Source: an uncultured Dehalococcoidaceae bacterium
GTDB taxonomy: Bacteria; Chloroflexota; Dehalococcoidia; Dehalococcoidales; RBG-16-60-22
Direction: 5' to 3'
Assembly (NCBI GenBank): GCA_964580635.1
Contig: CAZOMF010000003.1
Span: 1-35,268, forward strand
Length of the DNA stretch: 35,268 nucleotides
In this document: in pieces, positions 7,943 through 15,400 of the stretch
How positions within the stretch are numbered: position 1 is the first letter of the stretch
Layout of the letters: each line of letters begins with the position of its first letter
Notes under the pieces: generated by a model
The model's database searches: none
What the model was told of the DNA's origin: nothing
What the model saw: only the letters and a program-made list of their open reading frames with translations
Translations under genes and position numbers: made by a program

Positions 7943-8092
7943 CTACGGACAGCAGATGCCAAAATTGGGCTGGTTCTGGGCGACGGGGCCTGAGACGCCG
8001 CCGTCGATCGAGCTGCCGCCCTGGCAGGCGAGGAGTGTCACGTCGATGACTTCGATTTCCATGGCGGGCTTCACATACGAGTCCTTCATCAT
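7943..8092 (-). CDS. candidate RiPP precursor peptide, 49 aa (48 from the second ATG): MMKDSYVKPAMEIEVIDVTLLACQGGSSIDGGVSGPVAQNQPNFGICCP
   Basis: I hand-translated this from the minus strand; it is below the length cut-off of the ORF track. AAGGAGG (plus coordinates 8098-8104) lies 4 and 7 nt upstream of the tandem ATGs at 8092 and 8089. The first ATG overlaps the rSAM stop as TGATG. The ORF ends at TAG (7945-7943). It has a charged leader-like N-terminal half, a Gly/Ser/Pro-rich C-terminal half and three Cys (C23, C47, C48). Confidence 0.65.
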   Translation of the reverse strand: MMKDSYVKPAMEIEVIDVTLLACQGGSSIDGGVSGPVAQNQPNFGICCP

Positions 8093-9120
8093 CACACCTC
8101 CTTTCTTTGCGTTATATAGCTGTACTTGAGGTGGGCGTTTCGGCAGGCAGTGGGGGCCGGACTCGTCACGGATCCGGTCTCACTGTAGGCTACCCCCATA
8201 CAGCGGTGGCAGAATGCGGCTATGGCGCATGCTTTACACTCGGTCATGTCGTCCTCGGTGACCGAACGCAGCTGTTCCAGTTCCTTGCAGGGATGTGTTT
8301 TCCATAGTTCTTGGAAACCGGTTTCCAGCAGGTTCCCTATCCGCATCGGCATGAGCAGGCAGGGGAACACATCCCCGTTCGGGGCGACCGAGCAGATGCC
8401 TTTACCGGCTTTGCAGGGGCCGACTTTCGCGGCCGCTTGACTTTCCTCGATCCATTGCTGTCCCATCCCCTTGCAGAGCTGCTGCGAGGCGGCTTCGTGA
8501 CCGAAGGGTTCCATCGAACCGCTCTTGCCGGGCACGAACTCGGACGAAAGATGGACGTTGACGCCCAGTTTCGTGCCGAGCGCCTTGATGTCCGGTATCT
8601 CGTGGACGTTGCTGTCCATTACGTTCCCTTGCAGGCCCACCGTGACCTCGTGATGTTTCAGTAGCCGGATCGCCTCCATGAGCCGGTCGAAGGAGCCGGG
8701 CACCCCGGTGATGGCGTCATGGGTCTGACTGCACGCTCCGTGCAGGCTCAGTCCGACCTGGACCGGCTCCAGCAGCGCCAGTTCGTAGGCAGTCGTCGGC
8801 GTGAGAAGCGTCCCGTTCGTCAGGATCGTCAGCAGGAAACCGCGGTTCCTGGCGTACCAGGCGATGTCCATGAAGTCCTCCCGGACGAGCACCTCGCCGC
8901 CGGTGAACATCAGGTACATGGTGCCCGCGTCCGCCAGCTGGTCCAGGACGACGGTACACTCTTTGAGTGTCATTTCACGCGGAGAGCGGGTATCCACGTA
9001 GCAGTGGGTGCACCTCAGGTTGCAGCGGTGCGTCAGCTCGATGGACACCTGGAACGGGACCAGATGGTCCGCCGCCCGTTTCATAACTCCGTGCAGTTTC
9101 GGTCGCAGGATGGTACCCAT
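8092..9120 (-). CDS. radical SAM / SPASM-domain peptide-modifying enzyme
   Basis: ELTHRCNLRCTHCY is the CxxxCxxC motif. The C-terminal SPASM-type Cys motifs are CKAGKGICSVAPNGDVFPC and CKACAIAAFCHRC. The start is placed at ATG 9120 (MGTILRPK), which has AGGAG 7 nt upstream. The track start at 9147 would overlap the PqqD gene. Confidence 0.85.
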   Translation of the reverse strand: MGTILRPKLHGVMKRAADHLVPFQVSIELTHRCNLRCTHCYVDTRSPREMTLKECTVVLDQLADAGTMYLMFTGGEVLVREDFMDIAWYARNRGFLLTILTNGTLLTPTTAYELALLEPVQVGLSLHGACSQTHDAITGVPGSFDRLMEAIRLLKHHEVTVGLQGNVMDSNVHEIPDIKALGTKLGVNVHLSSEFVPGKSGSMEPFGHEAASQQLCKGMGQQWIEESQAAAKVGPCKAGKGICSVAPNGDVFPCLLMPMRIGNLLETGFQELWKTHPCKELEQLRSVTEDDMTECKACAIAAFCHRCMGVAYSETGSVTSPAPTACRNAHLKYSYITQRKEV

Positions 9121-9130
9121 GACAGTGCTC

Positions 9131-9424
9131 CTAGGCTCCCTTGACACTGAGCAGCCCGCCGTCCAGCAGCTGCTGGCAGAAGTCCAGCGAGTCCCGCTCG
9201 GCCACGTCCGGCTCGGTGTTGAAGGTATCGGACAGCTTGGATGCGACGTTCGATATGTCGTTGCGGCCGTCCAGCAGGCACCAGATGGCGCTCGCGGTCT
9301 TGTTCAGGACGCGGATGGTGCCGTTATCGCGGTCGGCAATGACGACCTCTCCCGCGATGTTACGCCAGATGACGTCCTCACTCTGGCGGGGGACCATTTC
9401 CAGGCAAACGGATTCATTGGGCAT
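9131..9424 (-). CDS. PqqD-family protein (RiPP recognition element-like)
   Basis: It is 97 aa. The pattern ...VIWRNIAGEVVIADRDNGTIRVLNKTASAIWCLLDGRNDISNVASKL...DSLDFCQQLLDGGLL matches the PqqD/RRE winged-helix family. It overlaps the upstream kinase gene by 11 nt. Confidence 0.8.
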   Translation of the reverse strand: MPNESVCLEMVPRQSEDVIWRNIAGEVVIADRDNGTIRVLNKTASAIWCLLDGRNDISNVASKLSDTFNTEPDVAERDSLDFCQQLLDGGLLSVKGA

Positions 9425-10256
9425 GTTCGATTACCTCCCAGAAAGTAGTGTCAGGTTTAAATCCCAGCGTGTAGCACGGAACGGCCTGGGCCAGACGGGC
9501 GCTTATCTCGGCGCGTTCCTGGAATGTTTTCCGGTCCGATTGCTCGAAGAGCGGCGCCAGGTCGAAGAACTGGCACAGCAACTGCGGGTAGGCTTTCGTT
9601 GTGGAGAGCGGCGTGAGACGCACCTCCGGAGCGTGCTCCAGGAAGAAGATGGCGGCGAGATCGCCCTTTCGCGCGGATGTTCGGGGTACTTCCCCTGTGA
9701 GGGGAGAGCCGGTGATCTGGAACCGGCCGCCGCGGGTGCTGAGCAGCACCGCTTCATCATTCAGCACAGTCCGGTGGCCGGCCAGCTTGGCGACCGTGCT
9801 CTTGCCGGAACCGGAAACCCCGGTGAACAGGTAGAAACGCTCGCCGGATACCACCCCGCACCCGTGTACGATGTGATACTTCACCGCCGCCTGCCGGTAT
9901 TTCTTCAGGACGCCGGCGTACACTCCCCGCAGCAGGTAGCTCATCAGTCGGTAGTCCGCATCCCGGTGGAACAAGGCCTTCTGTGTCCTGACGGCGAGCG
10001 CCCGCCTGTCCCAGTCCAGGCGGCAGTCTATCAGGTCGGGAACGGTATAGTACCTGCTTCCGTTCTGGTGCGCGCGGCTGGCCCTGAGGATTCGCCGTGC
10101 CTGGGCGGGCGTCAGGTTGGAATCCAGCGTGAACGATAGATCGAAGTCCGGTTCCCGGTCGGTCAGGAAAGGCCGGTACGTCTCGGCCATGTCGGTCATG
10201 AACCCGGCATCGTTGGACGAGAATCGCAATGAGGTGTCACCGAGTCTGATGTTCAT
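9414..10256 (-). CDS. HprK-related P-loop kinase-like protein
   Basis: Starting from the internal ATG at 10256 gives MNIRLGDTSLRF..., 280 aa. The Walker A motif is FTGVSGSGKSTVAKLAG, in a context like the C-terminal domain of HPr kinase/phosphorylase relatives. The ATG overlaps the upstream stop as ATGA. The 173-aa N-terminal extension in the track ORF is Arg/Pro/Gly-rich and lies inside the peptidase gene. Confidence 0.7.
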   Translation of the reverse strand: MNIRLGDTSLRFSSNDAGFMTDMAETYRPFLTDREPDFDLSFTLDSNLTPAQARRILRASRAHQNGSRYYTVPDLIDCRLDWDRRALAVRTQKALFHRDADYRLMSYLLRGVYAGVLKKYRQAAVKYHIVHGCGVVSGERFYLFTGVSGSGKSTVAKLAGHRTVLNDEAVLLSTRGGRFQITGSPLTGEVPRTSARKGDLAAIFFLEHAPEVRLTPLSTTKAYPQLLCQFFDLAPLFEQSDRKTFQERAEISARLAQAVPCYTLGFKPDTTFWEVIEHAQ

Positions 10257-10891
10257 TGGGCCGGCTCTCCTGCAGCAGCTGGTTTTTCGGAGATTTGTTC
10301 GCTTCGTGAAAAAAGACGCAAGGCGGCTGCTGTGACCGGGGTGAGCAGCCGGTTGCATACGTCGTTTCGGTCGGGTGAAGGCGAGGGATAGCGGCCGTTC
10401 CGGACATAGCGCCGCCAGGCTGTGGCGAGTCTCAGTGAGAAAAGCGAGATAGACGCGAAGACCAGCAGGCTGAGCTTGCCGGTCCAGTGGTCGGTATCGA
10501 TCGTGCCGTGCGTGCCGCGGATGCGCTGGACCGTTCCGATGACGCAGGCGTCTTCGATATAGCTGCCGTCGGGGTTGGCGTCTCCCTTTTCCAGGTAGTA
10601 CAGACGGCCGTCCCTTTGTTTCCTGCCGATGACCCGGTGGATGACCCAGGTGCCCTGTTTCCGGAACACCGCGATGTCTCCCCACGCCACGCTCGCAGCA
10701 CCCGCCGTGCGGATGAGTACCATGTCTCCCTTGCAGAGTACCGGACGCATACTGTCCGATCCTACCCGGCACCATAACGTGGCGTGCCGCTGCAGGACTT
10801 CTTCCCAGAAATCATAGGGTACGCATTTCGGGGTGCCGGCGACCGGCATCTCTGTTTTCGGCTGTCGTTGCTGCATATTGGTATCGCACAC
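10253..10891 (-). CDS. S24/S26-family serine peptidase (SipW/Sec11-like motif order) with C-terminal TM segment
   Basis: The motif order is GSDSMRPVL...GDMVLI...GDIAVF...WVIHRVIG...EKGDAN, i.e. Ser motif, GD boxes and the HR motif as in S26B-type signal peptidases. A hydrophobic segment LSLLVFASISLFSL lies near the C-terminus. The start codon is uncertain (GTG 10891, ATG 10876 or ATG 10849), and none has a clear SD. Confidence 0.65.
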   Translation of the reverse strand: MCDTNMQQRQPKTEMPVAGTPKCVPYDFWEEVLQRHATLWCRVGSDSMRPVLCKGDMVLIRTAGAASVAWGDIAVFRKQGTWVIHRVIGRKQRDGRLYYLEKGDANPDGSYIEDACVIGTVQRIRGTHGTIDTDHWTGKLSLLVFASISLFSLRLATAWRRYVRNGRYPSPSPDRNDVCNRLLTPVTAAALRLFSRSEQISEKPAAAGEPAQ

Positions 10892-11153
10892 GTACAGGAT
10901 GAAGAGATATAGTTCTAAAACATTGTTCTATTTTAAGGGGTTTTCCGTAATTTAATGGTTTGCGTCCAGTAAAAAAATGGTTTCAATTATAAGAAAAAGG
11001 AGAGAATCCCGGCAAAAAATGATGGTCAATCCGGGAAATACCGAAAAATGCTCGCCGTCCGATAGTACGGGGGTTAGGGCCGGCGACGGGGAAGGTCAGA
11101 GTCAGGTAAGAAGGGCGTTCAGGCGCTGGTGGTACTGGTGCTGCCCAAAGGAA

Positions 11154-11180
11154 GAGGGCGGGTACCAGGTACCCGCCCTC
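11154..11180 (-). terminator. GC-rich hairpin terminator downstream of the 1276-aa gene
   Basis: gagggcgggtacc (11154-11166) pairs with ggtacccgccctc (11168-11180) as a 13-bp stem. On the minus strand it is followed by UUCCUUUGGG, a modest U tract. It lies 47 nt after the stop at 11227. Confidence 0.5.
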
Positions 11181-11226
11181 TGGAAGTCGGTGAGGTATGA
11201 CTCCCCCGCGGGGAATCACCCGGTTG

Positions 11227-14200
11227 TTACTGGGGGATGTTGAACAGCAGGTAGAGCGTCCCTCCCGCGTCTTCGTAGCTGATGTTCCAGGTGGTGCCCA
11301 GCGAGGGATCAGCGGGATGGCCCAGGTCTATCTGGAGGTAGAACGTATCGTTGCTCCAGACCGCCGCACCTGCGGGAATGTCAGGGAACGATACGTCGCC
11401 GTCGAGGATAGTGTTGTTGGGCGGCCAGCTGCTGAGGCTCATGTGGACGTTATAGATTTTCTCCGCCCCCAGGTTGCGCAGCCGTACCTTGAGCGCTTCG
11501 GAGAAGATCTTGGTCCGCCGGTTGTAGTTATAGGAGACCATCTTGTACTGGACCGGTACGACCAGCGCATCCGTGGCGGCGGTTACCTCGTAGTCGCAGC
11601 CGCTGAAGGTCAGGTCCACCGTGCCGGCATCGCGGAAGTGGAAGGTATAGGTGCCCGGCAGCAGCTCCATCGTCGGCTGATCGAACCATTGCGCATCTCC
11701 AGTGGGACCGCCATAGGAGATCTGCCCGTCGTAGTTGAGCGTCACGGTGGTCGTCTGCCAGGTCACCGTGAAGTCGCTGTCCGGGACATCCACGCTGATC
11801 TTGGCTTCCGCGGTGCCCTGATATTGCATCTCGAAGGAGTACGTCCCCGCGAATACCTCGCCGGTCGTTTCGCCCGGAGCGGAGCTGCCGGTCAGCGTGC
11901 CCGGATTGGCCGGGAACCATTGGGTCGTGTAGGTGGCGCCGTTGCCCCAGCGCGCGTGACCGCCGTCGAGCGGCGTGGCGTCGCACGTTTCCAGCCGCAG
12001 CGTCAGCAGGTTGGTCTGGTAGTTGAAGAAGGAGTCCAGCGAGACGTCCTGCGTCACCACCTTGGTCGTGGAGTTGTAGCGCATCTCGTAGGACATGGTG
12101 GGGTTGCTGGCCGGACGGACGTCGATTGTTTTGCCCGGGTAGCTGGCATCGAAACCTGTCGGCTGCGGCACGAACCACGTTGTGTAGGTGGCGCCGTAGC
12201 CGCCGCGGCCCTGCCCGCCGTCGAGCGGCGCGCCCAGGTGGTCGGTGAGGACCAGGACGGCCACGTTGAGCGTCGTCTGGACCGGCTCGATGGTCACGTT
12301 CGCCCGTCCGCCGTGACGGAAGTCGAACAGATAGGTGCCCGGCAGCAGTTCCTTGGTCGGCTGGAACGTCGGCGTCGAGTTGAACCAGGTGCTATCGCCG
12401 GTGGCACCGCCGTAGGAGATACTGTCGGAATAGTTGAAGGTGACCGTGCTGGTCTGCCAGGTGAGCGTGGTATTGGCGTTGGGAATATTGACGCTGACCT
12501 TGGCTTCTGAAGTGGCTGCGTACTGCATCTGGAAGGAGTACGTGCCAGGGAAGATCTCGGCGGTCGTCTCGCCGGGCGCCGTGGCGCCGGTGAGCGTCCC
12601 CGGATTGTCCGGCCACCATCGGGTCGTGTAGGTGGCGCCGTTGCCCCAACGCGGCTTGCCGCTATCGAGCGGCGTGCCGGTATGCGTTTCCAGCCGCAGC
12701 GTCAAGGCGATGGTCTGGAAGTTGAAGACTGGATTGACCGCGATGTCCTGTGTCAGGTGCGGGCTGTTGGTGTGGTTCCAGACGGCCCAGACCTCGAGGT
12801 CGCCTGTGCTGGAGGAGAAGGGGGCGTAGAGGTGGCCTGAGGCATCCGTGTACCCCATGTCATGGGTGGAGCCCAACGTGTACTTGACGAGGGCATTCTC
12901 GAGGGGGCTGCCCATGCTGTCGGTGACATAGACATCGACCACCACGGCCCACGGATCGTAGTCGACGTAGTCGCTGACTGCGTTACCCGCGCCGAGCGGG
13001 TTCGTCGTCGCCTGGTAGGGACCGCTGGAAGCGCCCCACCAGTTGTTGAGGGCGTTGACCGTGAACAGTGAGGTCGTGTTATTGATACCGTAGCTCGTAT
13101 TGCTCTCGATCTCACTCAAGTTGATGGCCACTGAGTAGGAGCTGTTGCTGGCAACACCGGCGTCGTCCTGGATGTAGACGCCCTGGTCGTTCCCCGTGAT
13201 GGTCTCGCCGGTCAATGCGACGCTGATGTCGCCGTCTCCCTGGGTGTAGATCTCGTAGCCGTAGAGTCCGTTGTTCTGGAGCATGTTGTTACCGCCGCTG
13301 ACGCTGACCGACGAGCCGTATTCCTTGTCCTCGTCGGTAATGAGCGCGCCGCCGGTGGTGTTGTTGTGGAAGTTGTTGCCGTTCAACGAAAGGACGATGT
13401 CCACGTCGCCGGAGTAGCCGTCGTACTCGTTGCCGGCGTAGAGGCCCCATTGGCAGTCGTAGATTTCGTTGCCGGAGATACCGACGGCTTTGGTCACGTG
13501 AGGGAACGAGCCGAAGAGCGGTCCGGTGAAGTCGTTCTCTACGTAGATGCCGGCGGAGTTGCTGCCGTCGGAGGCGGCCGGCGTGTTGTAGCCGTGGATG
13601 ACGTTCCCGGTGATAGTGCCGTTGGACTGGGAACCCATTTCTATGGCGTACCCGAAGTCCGCGAACGTCTTGTAGAACGTGTTGCCGGTGATGGTCGCGT
13701 TCACGTAGTCATGGGTCAGGAGGGCAACCCGTCCCGCGTCGATGAAGGTGTTGCCAGAGACCGTCACCGCCGCCCGGGACGCGTCGGTGTAACCGGGCGC
13801 CCGGAAATACGTGCCGATCTCGCTGTAGAAGCCGCTCGCGTCGGGAGCGGAGATGTTCTCGATGACGTTGCCAGACAGACTGCCGGTGCTGTCATAGTAC
13901 AGCACGCCGTAGTTGTTGCCCGCGATGAGCTGGAAGTCCATCGTCATGCCGGTGAGGGTCACGCCGGTGGAATTGACCACCCTGATGGCTACCTGGCGGG
14001 TGGGTGAAGAGCCGATGTTCCAGTTCTGTGTGGTCGAGGGCTGGTAGATGACCGTCGCCGGGTTGTCCCCCACGATGGTCAGGCCGGCGTGTCCGTCGAT
14101 GTTCAATGTCTCGTCGTAGGTGCCGGCGCCCACGTGGATGGTATCGGGCGAGCCGGTCATGTCGATGGCGTCCTGGATACTCATGCCGTTCATGACGTAG

Positions 14201-15057
14201 TAGGTGTCCCCGGCGAGGTTATAGATGAGAACGTCGGAGTAGGTCGCGGGGGCGGCGAGGAGACCCTGCGCGAACGTCTGGGCGTCGGCCAGTGTCGTCC
14301 GGTAGAACCACTGCATGTAGTTGTCGGGGGAACGGAAGGCGTAGACAACGTAGCCGAACTGTGCCGGAACGGTGATGTTGGTGAGGTCGTAGTACGTCGG
14401 GGGGTCTTTCTCCAGCAGCAGCGGGATCGATTCGGCGGCGTTGAAGGTACCGCTGAAGACTACCGTATCGGTGCTGGCGCCGGCCGTCTGAACGCTCACG
14501 CCACCCCAGGCATTGCCGCTGGTGGTAACATTGGTCACGCCGACGTTGGTGGAATCCAGGATCTGCACGCCGAAGCCGCTGACCGTGTTATCGACCTCGA
14601 TATTACTGAGGCTGGCCGTGCTGACGGTGTTGAGGTCGATGCCGGTCTTGCCGGAGTTTACCACCTTGATGTTGTCCAGCGTGATGTTGCTGACGTGGGT
14701 GATCTTGAAGCCATAGCTGGAGCCTGATGGGCTGGTCCCGATCAGGGTAAGCCCGGTGATAGTCGTGCCGTCCCCGAAGTTCTGGATGGCATAGCCGGTC
14801 GAGGCGCTCGCGTTCACAGTTGTCGCGTCGATGCCCGCGCCTTGGATGGTAAGTGACTTGCCCTGGAGGTTCAGAGTCTCCGGATACGTTCCGGCTGGCA
14901 CTGTGATCGTGTCACCGCTGTTAGCGGCGTTGATGGCGTCCTGAATGGTCGTTGATACATTGATTGTGCTAGCAGCCGCTACCGGCGCTGCCGGTAGCAC
15001 GAGGGCGCACAATATGAGCAGAATGCTGAAAATAAAACCTGTCGTTTTCTTTTTCAA
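11227..15057 (-). CDS. large secreted right-handed parallel beta-helix repeat protein with C-terminal tandem beta-sandwich-like modules
   Basis: I place the start at TTG 15057, which has AAGGAG 7 nt upstream. This gives MKKKTTGFIFSILLILCALVLPAAPVAAAS, a classic signal peptide. The N-terminal half has repeated G-x-N / I-x-G-N / NNT turns typical of pectin-lyase-fold (PbH1/NosD-like) repeats. The C-terminal half contains duplicated modules of about 146-150 aa. The track start at GTG 15162 adds 35 residues ahead of the signal peptide. Confidence 0.75.
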   Translation of the reverse strand: MKKKTTGFIFSILLILCALVLPAAPVAAASTINVSTTIQDAINAANSGDTITVPAGTYPETLNLQGKSLTIQGAGIDATTVNASASTGYAIQNFGDGTTITGLTLIGTSPSGSSYGFKITHVSNITLDNIKVVNSGKTGIDLNTVSTASLSNIEVDNTVSGFGVQILDSTNVGVTNVTTSGNAWGGVSVQTAGASTDTVVFSGTFNAAESIPLLLEKDPPTYYDLTNITVPAQFGYVVYAFRSPDNYMQWFYRTTLADAQTFAQGLLAAPATYSDVLIYNLAGDTYYVMNGMSIQDAIDMTGSPDTIHVGAGTYDETLNIDGHAGLTIVGDNPATVIYQPSTTQNWNIGSSPTRQVAIRVVNSTGVTLTGMTMDFQLIAGNNYGVLYYDSTGSLSGNVIENISAPDASGFYSEIGTYFRAPGYTDASRAAVTVSGNTFIDAGRVALLTHDYVNATITGNTFYKTFADFGYAIEMGSQSNGTITGNVIHGYNTPAASDGSNSAGIYVENDFTGPLFGSFPHVTKAVGISGNEIYDCQWGLYAGNEYDGYSGDVDIVLSLNGNNFHNNTTGGALITDEDKEYGSSVSVSGGNNMLQNNGLYGYEIYTQGDGDISVALTGETITGNDQGVYIQDDAGVASNSSYSVAINLSEIESNTSYGINNTTSLFTVNALNNWWGASSGPYQATTNPLGAGNAVSDYVDYDPWAVVVDVYVTDSMGSPLENALVKYTLGSTHDMGYTDASGHLYAPFSSSTGDLEVWAVWNHTNSPHLTQDIAVNPVFNFQTIALTLRLETHTGTPLDSGKPRWGNGATYTTRWWPDNPGTLTGATAPGETTAEIFPGTYSFQMQYAATSEAKVSVNIPNANTTLTWQTSTVTFNYSDSISYGGATGDSTWFNSTPTFQPTKELLPGTYLFDFRHGGRANVTIEPVQTTLNVAVLVLTDHLGAPLDGGQGRGGYGATYTTWFVPQPTGFDASYPGKTIDVRPASNPTMSYEMRYNSTTKVVTQDVSLDSFFNYQTNLLTLRLETCDATPLDGGHARWGNGATYTTQWFPANPGTLTGSSAPGETTGEVFAGTYSFEMQYQGTAEAKISVDVPDSDFTVTWQTTTVTLNYDGQISYGGPTGDAQWFDQPTMELLPGTYTFHFRDAGTVDLTFSGCDYEVTAATDALVVPVQYKMVSYNYNRRTKIFSEALKVRLRNLGAEKIYNVHMSLSSWPPNNTILDGDVSFPDIPAGAAVWSNDTFYLQIDLGHPADPSLGTTWNISYEDAGGTLYLLFNIPQ
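11596..12033 (-). repeat. intragenic tandem module, copy 2 (146 codons)
   Basis: This copy reads SFFNYQTNLLTLRLETCDATPLDGGHARWGNGATYTTQWFPANPGTLTGSSAPGETT...TFSGC. It aligns with copy 1 at an offset of 699 nt. For example, 11901-12000 and 12600-12699 are about 80% identical at nucleotide level by eye. Confidence 0.8.
12283..12732 (-). repeat. intragenic tandem module, copy 1 (150 codons)
   Basis: This copy reads PVFNFQTIALTLRLETHTGTPLDSGKPRWGNGATYTTRWWPDNPGTLTGATAPGETT...NVTIEP. Roughly two thirds of residues are identical to copy 2. The 83-codon spacer (12034-12282) looks like a third, more diverged partial copy (LVLTDHLGAPLDGGQGRGGYGATYTTWF). Confidence 0.8.
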
Positions 15058-15371
15058 CGCATGGCTCCTTTCTTCATAGTGTTTGCTCGGGATTTGAAGT
15101 GTTTTTTCGTCGCGTGTCGTCGAGGGACATGATAGAGAATGTTCTGTCGTCTGTTGTTTCACCTCCTCCTAAAAGCAGCTGTAGTTTCAAGCCTTATCAC
15201 TGTCGGGCAGCAACTTTCAGTTCTCCCGGTACGGACATGAATGAGAGTGTCAGGTCGGATATCTTTCTACGAGCATTGGCTTTTTTCTTCGGTATTTTTG
15301 TTTATAAACAGGTACAGTTTTCACACGATTGCTGACAAAACATGCAGTTTCCCACATTTTTCTACATCGTG

Positions 15372-15400
15372 AGTCTAGGTTTCGAGGTTTTCACTGTCAA
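15372..15400 (-). promoter_or_regulatory. candidate sigma70-type promoter for the 1276-aa gene (TTGACA-N17-TAGACT)
   Basis: The minus strand reads TTGACAGTGAAAACCTCGAAACCTAGACT. The -35 lies at plus coordinates 15400-15395 and the -10 at 15377-15372. It sits in an AT-rich 600-bp spacer and implies a leader of about 200-300 nt. Confidence 0.4.

Noticed and set aside
7943-9424. Calling the PqqD + rSAM/SPASM + peptide trio a mycofactocin (mftABC) or PQQ system.
   Set aside because: The peptide lacks the C-terminal Gly-Val-Tyr of MftA and the Glu/Tyr pair of PqqA. No mftD/E/F or pqqB/C/E-type partners are present. The SIDGG resemblance is too short to carry weight.
7943-10891. Calling the operon a lasso-peptide cluster because of PqqD plus HprK-like kinase plus a YxxP leader.
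   Set aside because: No Asn-synthetase-like lasso cyclase and no transglutaminase-like leader peptidase is present in or near the operon. The putative core also lacks a suitably placed Asp/Glu for a macrolactam.
11197-12510. A 437-aa plus-strand ORF. The same class includes 326..1075, 7179..8129, 9141..10139, 13366..14007, 14089..14727, 16202..17104, 17171..18226, 19311..19928, 23665..25041 and 26840..28381.
   Set aside because: Each lies antisense to a gene with clear family motifs. Each has an Arg/Gly/Val/Asp/His-rich, low-information composition with no SD. These are typical shadow ORFs of high-GC coding DNA.
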